Shown here one piece after another: positions 1 to 7,619 of a stretch of DNA of 32,000 nt. The stretch spans positions 450,001-482,000 of the forward strand of contig CP178758.1 of the NCBI GenBank assembly GCA_047651235.1, given 5' to 3'. A program made the position numbers and the translations under genes. The DNA is from Candidatus Electrothrix yaqonensis (GTDB lineage Bacteria; Desulfobacterota; Desulfobulbia; Desulfobulbales; Desulfobulbaceae). The notes below the pieces were generated by a model, which saw nothing but the letters and a program-made list of their open reading frames with translations, made no database searches and was not told where the DNA came from. The first letter of the stretch is position 1, and every line of letters begins with the position of its first letter.

Positions 1-2369
1 GGGTTGTTGCCGTGATGCTTCTGCTCACGGCCGGGCTGGCTACCCAGTTAGGCAGGTTGGAGATCGATACCCGTGATGAGAGTTTCTTTCATAAAAACGA
101 TCCGGCCCTGATCGCCTATAATGACTTCAAAAAACAGTTCGGCCAGGATGAATTTTTTCTCATCGCCCTCCAGCCTGCCCAGGGATTAGATACGGCCTTT
201 TTCAACACCCTGTACCGTCTGCACCGGGAGCTGGAAGAGTCTGTCCCCTATATCGACAAGATCAGCAGTCTGGTCAACGGCAGGATCGTCCGGGGCGATG
301 AAGACACCCTCTATGTGGAAGAACTTTTCCCGCAACCGCCGCAGAACAAGGCGGAAACAGCCCGGATTAAGGAGCTGATCGACCAGTATCCCCTGTATGA
401 AAATCTTCTGATTTCACCGGATCGGTCAACGGTATCGATCCTTATTAAGGCGAAGGCCCTGGTCGTCAAAGGGGGGCAGCCAGAAGACGTGCTGGCAGGC
501 TTTGAGCAGGAAGAGCCGGAGGAACACGCTGAGCGGTATTTGAGCAATGCGGAAAGCACGGAGATGACCGAGGCTATTGAGCAGGTGGTCGCAACCTATC
601 AGAGTCCGACGCTCAAGGTTTTTTTCACCGGTATCCCGGCTGTGGTCACAGCCCTGCAGAAAGGGGTGAAGCGTGACCTGTTCGTGATCCTGCCTTTTTC
701 CGTCCTGCTGAGCATCTTTTTTTTCGCCCTGCTCTACAGACGTACCTCCGGGGTGGTTTATCCTCTGCTGATCGTGCTGCTTTCGCTGGTCGCCACGTTC
801 GGTTTTGTGGGCATGCTCAGAATTCCGGCTACTCTTCCGGTCAGCCAGATTTTACCCGCTTTTCTCCTGGTTGTCGGGATCGCCGACGCTGTCCACATCC
901 TGACTATTTTTTACCGTAACTTCAGCCGCTGCGGCGATAAACAGCAGGCCATCCTTGATGCCATGGCCCTTGCCGGTCTGCCTGTGCTCATGACCTCGGT
1001 GACCACGGCCTGCGGTCTGTTCTCCTTTCTCTGGGCCGACATGGCCCCGGTGGCTCAGCTCGGCTGGGTTGCCCCGGTCGGAGTGTTCTTTGCCCTGCTG
1101 TACACGGTTCTCCTGCTGCCCGCCTTTATCGCTCTTTTCCCCCTCAAACAGGGAAAAAAAGGACAGGGGCTTTCGGAAAATGCACTATCTGATCGGCTGT
1201 TCCACGGGATCGCCAGGGTCACGACCCGGCATCCTGCTGCCGTAACCGTTCTGTTCAGTTGCTTCATGCTTGTTTCCCTGTACGGCATTTTCAATCTGCG
1301 TTTTTACCATAATGCAGCGACTTGGTTCCCGGAGGATTCTCCTGCCCGGCAGGCGATTGAGCTGCTGGACAGAGTCAACGGCGGTTGCAGCACCCTGGAA
1401 GGAGTCATTGATACCGGCAAAGAGAACGGCCTGTATGATCCTGATCTGCTCCGCCGTCTGGATCAGGCGGTGACGGATATCAGCCGTCTTGAGGTGGCCG
1501 GTATCAGGGCCGGGAAGGTATGGGCCATTTCAGATGTGCTCAAAGAGACCAACCGGGCTCTGCATGGCAATCAGGATGCCGCCTATACCCTGCCGGACTC
1601 CCGCGAACTCACGGCCCAGGAGCTGCTCCTGTTTGAAGCTGGCGGCAGTAATGATCTGCAGGACTTTACGGACAGCAGATACCGGACAGCACGATTCTCC
1701 ATTATAGGTCCTGCCGAGGATTCCTTCCTCTATGTCGAGTATACGGACAGGGTGCAGCAGTATCTCAGCAGGCAGTTTCCCGATGCCTCAGTAACCTTGA
1801 CCGGTAAGGTTTACCTCTTTGCGCAGCTCGTCAGCCGGGCGATCACCACTATGGCCAAAAGCTACAGCATTTCCCTAGCCGTCATTACTCTGCTGATGAT
1901 CGCTATGGTGGGCGGGGTTCGGATCGGTCTGTTGAGTATGCTCGCCAATGTGGCCCCGATACTCTACGTCCTGGGCCTGATGGGGATGAACGACATCCCC
2001 TTTGATCTGAGTACCATGCTGATCGGCAGCTTGGTGCTTGGCATTGTCGTTGATGACACCATCCATTTCTTCCATCATTTTCAGCGGGCCTTTGAGGCCA
2101 CGGCAAATGTGGAGCTGGCCATCCGGGAGACCCTGCTGAGCACGGGCAAAGCCATGTTCATCACCACGATGGTCCTCAGCAGCGGCTTTTTCATGTTTAC
2201 GGCCGGTTCGCTGGTCACGAGTGTCCGCTTCGGGATTATCTGCGGCTTTGCCGTTCTCTTTGCCCTGCTGGCGGACTTTTTCATGGTTCCGGCCCTACTG
2301 ATGATGGTGATGGTGAACAGAGCAGAAAACACTTCGTTGTTGCAGTATAAGGAGAAATCTCAAGCATAG
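1..2369 (+). CDS. RND-superfamily exporter, MMPL/HpnN-like; 5' end lies outside the window
   Basis: The frame of ORF 12..2369 stays open to base 3. Judged against the paralog at 4565..6997, about 25 N-terminal aa are missing. The two proteins are collinear (DPALIAYNDFKKQFG vs DPALLAYNDFRDQFG; GLYDPDLLRRLDQ vs GLYDPDLLQRIDQ). There are two repeated membrane halves, each with a G-x3-D-x2-H motif (VGIADAVHIL; GIVVDDTIHFFH), and two large soluble loops. Confidence 0.9.
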   Translation, partial: VVAVMLLLTAGLATQLGRLEIDTRDESFFHKNDPALIAYNDFKKQFGQDEFFLIALQPAQGLDTAFFNTLYRLHRELEESVPYIDKISSLVNGRIVRGDEDTLYVEELFPQPPQNKAETARIKELIDQYPLYENLLISPDRSTVSILIKAKALVVKGGQPEDVLAGFEQEEPEEHAERYLSNAESTEMTEAIEQVVATYQSPTLKVFFTGIPAVVTALQKGVKRDLFVILPFSVLLSIFFFALLYRRTSGVVYPLLIVLLSLVATFGFVGMLRIPATLPVSQILPAFLLVVGIADAVHILTIFYRNFSRCGDKQQAILDAMALAGLPVLMTSVTTACGLFSFLWADMAPVAQLGWVAPVGVFFALLYTVLLLPAFIALFPLKQGKKGQGLSENALSDRLFHGIARVTTRHPAAVTVLFSCFMLVSLYGIFNLRFYHNAATWFPEDSPARQAIELLDRVNGGCSTLEGVIDTGKENGLYDPDLLRRLDQAVTDISRLEVAGIRAGKVWAISDVLKETNRALHGNQDAAYTLPDSRELTAQELLLFEAGGSNDLQDFTDSRYRTARFSIIGPAEDSFLYVEYTDRVQQYLSRQFPDASVTLTGKVYLFAQLVSRAITTMAKSYSISLAVITLLMIAMVGGVRIGLLSMLANVAPILYVLGLMGMNDIPFDLSTMLIGSLVLGIVVDDTIHFFHHFQRAFEATANVELAIRETLLSTGKAMFITTMVLSSGFFMFTAGSLVTSVRFGIICGFAVLFALLADFFMVPALLMMVMVNRAENTSLLQYKEKSQA

Positions 2370-2379
2370 GAGAAGAACA

Positions 2380-3138
2380 ATGCAGAAAAAAAACGTGCTG
2401 CTGTCCTTGGTGGTCCTGCTGCTTCTGTTTGTGCAGACAGCAGGTGCAGAAGCTGAAACAGCAGAGGAGGTCATCAAAAAGGTTGAAGACAATCTGAACG
2501 GCAATAGTGCGGTGCTGAAGATCACCATGATTGTCAAAACCAAACGGGCCGAGCGGACCATGAAAATGGAGAGCCGGTCGGTGGGCAGTGACAAATCCTT
2601 TATCAAAATCCTCTATCCGGGCAAGGACAAGGGCATCACCTTTCTTAAGATTGACAATGCCATGTGGCAGTATGTGCCCCGCATTGAAAAGACCTTCAAA
2701 ATACCGGCCTCCATGATGCTCCAGAGCTGGATGGGCAGTGATTTTACCAATGATGATCTGGTACGGGAAAGCTCCATCAGCGAGGACTATACAATAAAGC
2801 TGCTGGGAGAGACAAAAGACATCTGGACCGCAGAGCTGCTGCCCAAGGAGGAGGCTGCAGTTGTCTGGGGGAAAATCATCATGCAGGTCTCCAAACAGTA
2901 TTATTTGCCCACCAAAGTGGAGTATTATGATGAAGACAGCGTGCTGATCAGGGAGTTGACCTACACCGAGGTCAAACCCTTTGGTGACCGATTCTACCCG
3001 ACAAAATGGCGTGTGATTCCCAAAGAGCCGGATAAGGCAGGGCACGAGACCGTGATGGAGGTTTCGGAGGCGGTCTTTGACGGGGAGATCAGTGAATCCT
3101 ATTTCACCAAGCGGGCCCTGAAACGCTATTCAGATTAG
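2380..3138 (+). CDS. Secreted LolA-like protein (outer-membrane lipoprotein-sorting / carrier fold)
   Basis: Signal peptide MQKKNVLLSLVVLLLLFVQTAGA. The soluble body carries segments I recognise from the LolA-like family (FLKIDNAMWQYVPRIEKTFKIP, WMGSDFTNDDL). The start lies 11 nt after the RND stop and has a GGAGAA RBS, consistent with translational coupling. Confidence 0.75.
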   Translation: MQKKNVLLSLVVLLLLFVQTAGAEAETAEEVIKKVEDNLNGNSAVLKITMIVKTKRAERTMKMESRSVGSDKSFIKILYPGKDKGITFLKIDNAMWQYVPRIEKTFKIPASMMLQSWMGSDFTNDDLVRESSISEDYTIKLLGETKDIWTAELLPKEEAAVVWGKIIMQVSKQYYLPTKVEYYDEDSVLIRELTYTEVKPFGDRFYPTKWRVIPKEPDKAGHETVMEVSEAVFDGEISESYFTKRALKRYSD

Positions 3139-3148
3139 GAATTTTTCT

Positions 3149-3212
3149 GTAGGGGCAGGCCCCTGTGCCTGCCCGGAATAAAAGAAAAGGCGAACACAGG
3201 GTTCGCCCCTAC
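3149..3212. repeat. REP-like pair of GC-rich hairpins in inverted orientation
   Basis: Hairpin 1: GGGCAGGC(3153-3160)-ccctgt-GCCTGCCC(3167-3174). Hairpin 2: GGCGAAC(3189-3195)-acagg-GTTCGCC(3201-3207). Both units share the head GTAGGGGC (3149-3156, and GCCCCTAC at 3205-3212 in reverse complement) and a CCTGT loop. Their stem sequences differ but keep base pairing. Confidence 0.7.
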
Positions 3213-3248
3213 CGCACCGAAAAGACAGCAAACCGAGGGGATATTCCC

Positions 3249-4463
3249 ATGAAAATGGCCTTGAGAAATATTGCCGCCTATAAGAAACGGACCATTGTCA
3301 CCCTCCTGCTCACCACAGTAAGTACGGCCCTGCTGGTCTTTGCTACAGGCTGGACAGAGGGATCCCACCAGACCATGCTCAAAAATGCGGTGGAGATCTA
3401 TCCGGGGTATCTCCAGATCACCGGGAAGGAATTCCGGGATAATCCGAGTGTTGATCACCTGATCTTTGATGCAGCCGCAGTCCGGAAAATTCTTGATAGG
3501 ACTGAGGGTATTGCCGCCTTCGGGGCCAGATTCGAGTCCTTTGTCCTGTTTTCCGCAGAGGAAAAGGCGGTGGGCGGAATGCTCACCGGGATCGAGCCTG
3601 AGCCGGAACAACATCTGTCCCGCTTGGCCTCTTCTTTAAAAGAGGGGGAGTATCTCAAGGCTGGCGACACGAATCAGGTTTATATGGGCAAGGAGCTGGC
3701 CCGACGGCTCAAGGTGGATGTCGGCGATGAACTGGCCTTTGTGGGCAGCGGAGCAGACTACTCCTTTGCTGCGGACAACCTTATCGTCAAGGGTATCTTT
3801 CAAACCGGGCTGTATGCATTTGATGCCGGGTCTGCTTTTCTTGCCAAAGGTTATTTTGATCAGATTATGGCCTCGGAGAACTATGCCACCCATTTCATTG
3901 TCCTGCCTGAACAGCCGGAACAGGCAGAGGCCCTGTCGGCTGTGCTCCAGGATGCCCTTGGCCCGAAATACGAGGCTGCAACCTGGCGGCAGACCATGTC
4001 AGGACTGGTCAAGGCTATGGAGCTGGACTCGGTGTTCGGCTACATCACCCTGGGGATCATCTTTATTGTGATCTTCTTTGTGATCATGATCTATACCCTG
4101 CTCTCGGTCTTTGCCCGGATACGGGAGATCGGCGTGCTGCGGGCCGTGGGCACCACCCCGGCACAGGTTCTGCTGATGCTGTTGACGGAGAGCTGTCTCC
4201 TGGCCCTGGTCAGTGTAATTCTGGGCGGCCTGCTCGGCGGGGCTGTTGCCTGGTATTTTCAGGAGAATCCTATCACCTTCAGCGGCTATGAAGAGCAGTT
4301 CAAGCAGTACGGGATTGCGGCCTCGGCCATGCCTGCGGTCTTCTCGCCCCTGCTGATCCTGCGGGATATGGTGGTGATGTTTGTTCTCTCCGTGCTCTCC
4401 ACCCTCTATCCCATTCTCAAAGTCAACCGCTACCGGCCGGTGGAGGCGATGCGGCATGTGTAG
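3249..4463 (+). CDS. MacB/LolE-type ABC transporter permease (FtsX domain with large periplasmic domain)
   Basis: ATG at 3249 preceded by GAGGGG. N-terminal TM (TIVTLLLTTVSTALLVFA), a ~230-aa soluble domain, then three C-terminal TMs with an FtsX-type loop (REIGVLRAVGTTPAQV). The longer track ORF starting at 3165 translates the REP-like element and is probably an artefact. Confidence 0.85.
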   Translation: MKMALRNIAAYKKRTIVTLLLTTVSTALLVFATGWTEGSHQTMLKNAVEIYPGYLQITGKEFRDNPSVDHLIFDAAAVRKILDRTEGIAAFGARFESFVLFSAEEKAVGGMLTGIEPEPEQHLSRLASSLKEGEYLKAGDTNQVYMGKELARRLKVDVGDELAFVGSGADYSFAADNLIVKGIFQTGLYAFDAGSAFLAKGYFDQIMASENYATHFIVLPEQPEQAEALSAVLQDALGPKYEAATWRQTMSGLVKAMELDSVFGYITLGIIFIVIFFVIMIYTLLSVFARIREIGVLRAVGTTPAQVLLMLLTESCLLALVSVILGGLLGGAVAWYFQENPITFSGYEEQFKQYGIAASAMPAVFSPLLILRDMVVMFVLSVLSTLYPILKVNRYRPVEAMRHV

Positions 4464-4564
4464 ACAATGTGCTGGGGCAATTCCGGCGCTGTGCCGAAGT
4501 TTTCTTCCGGGGCTGACTGCAGAAACAGCTGATCCGTATCCTCCGAGACATCCGAAAATAGTTT

Positions 4565-6997
4565 CTAAGCGCAGTTGCAGCCAGCTTTTTCTCTCCGATT
4601 CACCAGCACCAGCAGGGCCGGGGCAATGAAGTAATCCGAAAGCAGGGCGGTGAGAATGGTAAAGCCGGTCAGCCAACCGAAGTTGAACAGGTTGTTCATG
4701 GAGGCGAACATGAAGATGAAAAAACCGAGGGACAGGACACAGGTGGTGATCAGCATGGCCCGGCCTGTACTGTGCAGGGTTTCCATGACGGCCTGCTTGG
4801 CATCTCCGGTCTGTTCAAAATAACGCCGGAAATTATGCATAAAATGGATGGTGTCATCCACAGCCAGGCCGATGGAGATACTGCCCACCAGCATGGTGAA
4901 GAGATCCAGCGGCACATGGAACCAGCCCATAATCCCAAGCGTCAGGAGGATGGGAAAGAGGTTGGGGATCATGCTCAGCAGGCCGGTGCGCAGTCTGCCG
5001 ATGAGCAGGATCATCAGCACGGTGATGACGACCAGGGCAATGGTGTAGCTTTTGGCCATACTGCGGATAACCCGGGCCATAGTCTGAAAGATAATGGAAG
5101 TCATGCCGGTGATAGTGATCTTGACTTCAGGAAAAGTCTGCTGAAAATGCTCCCTGACCGCCTGAATAAACTCAGTATAAGCGATGGCATCCCGGAACGG
5201 CACCTTGATGGTGAACCGGGCCTTGGAAAACTGGCTGTCCGTCACGTCTTCCAGGTCGTCTGAGCCGCTGTTTTCAAACAGGAGAAACTCCTGGGGAATG
5301 AGCTTGGGATCATCCGGCACCGTATAGAACTCGGGCCGGTTTTCATTCAGGGCCTGATGGATTTCTTTGAGGATGGTGGTAATGGTCCACGCCTTGCCAG
5401 CAAAGATCTCACCTTTGTGCAGCTGCTCCACGTATTCGACCGATTGATCTATCCGCTGCAGGAGATCCGGGTCATACAGGCCGTTGACCTTGCCCGTATC
5501 CAGGACAATCTCCAGGGCAATGGAACCCTGCATTTCCTCGTCAATGGTTTCCGAGGCGATCCGAATGGGCGAGTCTTTTTTGTACCAGCGGACAACGTCA
5601 TGGGAAAAATTAATCCGGGTGATGCCGATGATGGAGACGAGAAAGATCAGCACCGTGACTGCCAGGATGGCCTTGGGATTGCCGGTGGAAAAATTTCCGA
5701 CTGCGGCCAGGAGCCTGTCAAGCCGGGAGCCTGTCTGCGTCTGCTGACTTTCTTTTTCCTGCCGCGCTTTCAGCGGGATCAGGGCAAGCAGCGGCGGCAG
5801 GAGGACAAGGGTGTAGACTAGAGCCAGCATGACCCCGGCAGCGGCATAGATTCCCAGATCGGCAATCGGGGCGACATCCGCTGTGGAAAAGGAGAGCAGG
5901 CCGCCAGCTGTGGTCAGCGAGGTCATCACCACAGCAAGGCCGGAATGACCCACTGCATATTGGACAGCATCGGCTTTATCGCCCTTGTTTTTTCGGAAGC
6001 GGTGAAAGAAAATTGCCAGGATATGGACCGAATCACCTACGCCCACGGCCAGCAGAAATGAGGGCAGGATCTGGGTGGGCAGCTTCATCGGCGTGCCGCA
6101 GGCCGCCATCAGGCCCAAAGTGGAGAGAAGCGAAATCACGACTACCAGCAGGGGTAGAAAAACCGCTGAAACCCGCCGGAACATAAGAAAGAGAAAAACA
6201 CCGATGGTCAGGGCGACCAGGAGGAGGAATTTCCGCATGTTCTTCATCATGGCCTTTTTAAGGAAATCCGTGACCACCGGGCCACCTGCAACGTAGATTT
6301 CAAAATCCGGGGCGCGGTAGGCCTCCGTAATACGGGTCACGGCCTGGACCACTTCGCCGTTTTCTGCATCCGTAAGATAGGTCCGCTCTTCCGGTGCAGC
6401 ACTGTCGGTATCCTCTGTAAAACCGGCCAGCACGTCGTCAAGCTGTTCTTCTCCCTGAGAGGAATACGCCTGCATCTGCAGGACAATGGCGGTAAAATCG
6501 CCCTTCTCCGAAATGAGCATATTTTTATAGAGCGGATTAGCCAGGGCCCGTTCTTTCACCGCAGCCAGTTCAGCCGGAGTTTCCGGCCAATTTTCCAGCA
6601 GATCCTCGACGATCAGCCGGTCACCCTCGCCCCTGGTGTTGCGGGCATTGATCAGGCTGTTGATGTCATCCAGATAGGGGACGTTGTCGCGCAGCTCGAC
6701 ATGCAGCTTGTGTAATTTCCGGAGAAAATCCGGCGCAAAAATATCCTTGCTTTTGACGGCGACAATCACCATCTCGGTATTACCGAACTGGTCGCGGAAA
6801 TCGTTGTAGGCCAGCAGAGCCGGGTCAGCTTCATGCAGAAAGCCTTCGGTGGAGGTGTCCAGGGTGAGTTTGGGCAGCTGCGAGAGCAATGATCCGGTAA
6901 ACACGGCCAGGACAAGCAGAGTGATGAAAGGGTGGTGGTACAACTGGCGCGCTGCAGCGGCAAAGGATTTTTCTATACGGTCTCTGATACGGCTCAT
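4565..6997 (-). CDS. RND-superfamily exporter, MMPL/HpnN-like (paralog of 1..2369)
   Basis: 810 aa and full length. Same two-half architecture with VGVGDSVHILAIFFHRF and GLAVDDTIHFMHNFRR motifs. Collinear with the plus-strand paralog and convergent with it across a ~100-bp gap. Confidence 0.9.
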   Translation of the reverse strand: MSRIRDRIEKSFAAAARQLYHHPFITLLVLAVFTGSLLSQLPKLTLDTSTEGFLHEADPALLAYNDFRDQFGNTEMVIVAVKSKDIFAPDFLRKLHKLHVELRDNVPYLDDINSLINARNTRGEGDRLIVEDLLENWPETPAELAAVKERALANPLYKNMLISEKGDFTAIVLQMQAYSSQGEEQLDDVLAGFTEDTDSAAPEERTYLTDAENGEVVQAVTRITEAYRAPDFEIYVAGGPVVTDFLKKAMMKNMRKFLLLVALTIGVFLFLMFRRVSAVFLPLLVVVISLLSTLGLMAACGTPMKLPTQILPSFLLAVGVGDSVHILAIFFHRFRKNKGDKADAVQYAVGHSGLAVVMTSLTTAGGLLSFSTADVAPIADLGIYAAAGVMLALVYTLVLLPPLLALIPLKARQEKESQQTQTGSRLDRLLAAVGNFSTGNPKAILAVTVLIFLVSIIGITRINFSHDVVRWYKKDSPIRIASETIDEEMQGSIALEIVLDTGKVNGLYDPDLLQRIDQSVEYVEQLHKGEIFAGKAWTITTILKEIHQALNENRPEFYTVPDDPKLIPQEFLLFENSGSDDLEDVTDSQFSKARFTIKVPFRDAIAYTEFIQAVREHFQQTFPEVKITITGMTSIIFQTMARVIRSMAKSYTIALVVITVLMILLIGRLRTGLLSMIPNLFPILLTLGIMGWFHVPLDLFTMLVGSISIGLAVDDTIHFMHNFRRYFEQTGDAKQAVMETLHSTGRAMLITTCVLSLGFFIFMFASMNNLFNFGWLTGFTILTALLSDYFIAPALLVLVNRREKAGCNCA

Positions 6998-7195
6998 CGG
7001 GAATCACCTTTGTGCAGAGGAAACAGTTTGTTCCGGCGTAAAAACACCGGTCTATTTTCGTGCTGTCCCTGTCGGGACGCATTGTGTCGAAGGTTATCGC
7101 TGATAATACGGATGCGGTTCACACTGCGCATGATTCATTGCCCTGCTGCCGCCTGCTCCGCCATTTTGCATTTAAGGTCGTCTTGGGCCTGCCCC

Positions 7196-7534
7196 TCACA
7201 GCACCTCAGCTGACAGCCTCACTGTATCTGTTGCAAGTGCGGCTTTGAGTTCCGGCAGAATGACCTCCAGATCAACTTCAGCACCGCAGGTGGTGACATC
7301 AATGACCAGCTTGCTGAATTCCGGCCAGGTATGCAGCGTCAGACTGGACTGCTGGAGCACATACACCCCGGTGATGCCGATGGGGGAGTAATAATGCCAA
7401 TGAACGTCAACCACATCAAGGCGGAAATGCTCAACGATCCGTTCCGCTACTCTCTGCAGCAGCTGCTTATCACCGAGATCCGCTCCTACATTCGTGAATG
7501 AGAGGGCAGCATGAAAGACGGATCCTTGTTTCAT
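7196..7534 (-). CDS. S-adenosylmethionine decarboxylase-like pyruvoyl enzyme (small SpeH/AdoMet_dc class), divergent processing motif
   Basis: 112 aa. Aligns by eye along its whole length with small bacterial/archaeal AdoMetDC proenzymes. HTWPE and the downstream TCG cysteine are conserved. The self-cleavage region reads LQQSSLTLHTWPE, where I recall xSESHxxIHTWPE. RBS GGAG lies 5 nt upstream. Confidence 0.75.
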   Translation of the reverse strand: MKQGSVFHAALSFTNVGADLGDKQLLQRVAERIVEHFRLDVVDVHWHYYSPIGITGVYVLQQSSLTLHTWPEFSKLVIDVTTCGAEVDLEVILPELKAALATDTVRLSAEVL

Positions 7535-7619
7535 GTGAGCTCCATTTCTTTTGCAATCTTTTCAGGTAGCGGTTAGCGGAGCCGGAACCGACTGCCCGAT
7601 GCTTATCCGGATGACCGTC

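Noticed and set aside
3165-3248. The N-terminal extension of the FtsX permease ORF (MPARNKRKGEHRVRPYRTEKTANRGDIP).
   Set aside because: This stretch is the translation of the REP-like hairpins. A well-placed RBS (GAGGGG) precedes the ATG at 3249, which starts directly at the expected N-terminal TM segment.
4464-4564. A possible bidirectional terminator in the convergent gap between the FtsX permease and the minus-strand RND gene.
   Set aside because: Only short, bulged stems are present (CCGAAG-tttt-CTTCCGG; CGGC-gctgt-GCCG), with no flanking T or A runs. This is not convincing as an intrinsic terminator.
7185-7196. The 12-mer AGGGGCAGGCCC is shared between the REP-like element (3151-3162) and the sequence right after the AdoMetDC-like stop (reverse strand). 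A related GGGGCAGGCAGCCCC hairpin lies near 31770.
   Set aside because: A single 12-nt match is within chance expectation for 32 kb on both strands (about 1e9 position pairs versus 1.7e7 possible 12-mers). The copies at 7185 and 31770 lack the full hairpin architecture.
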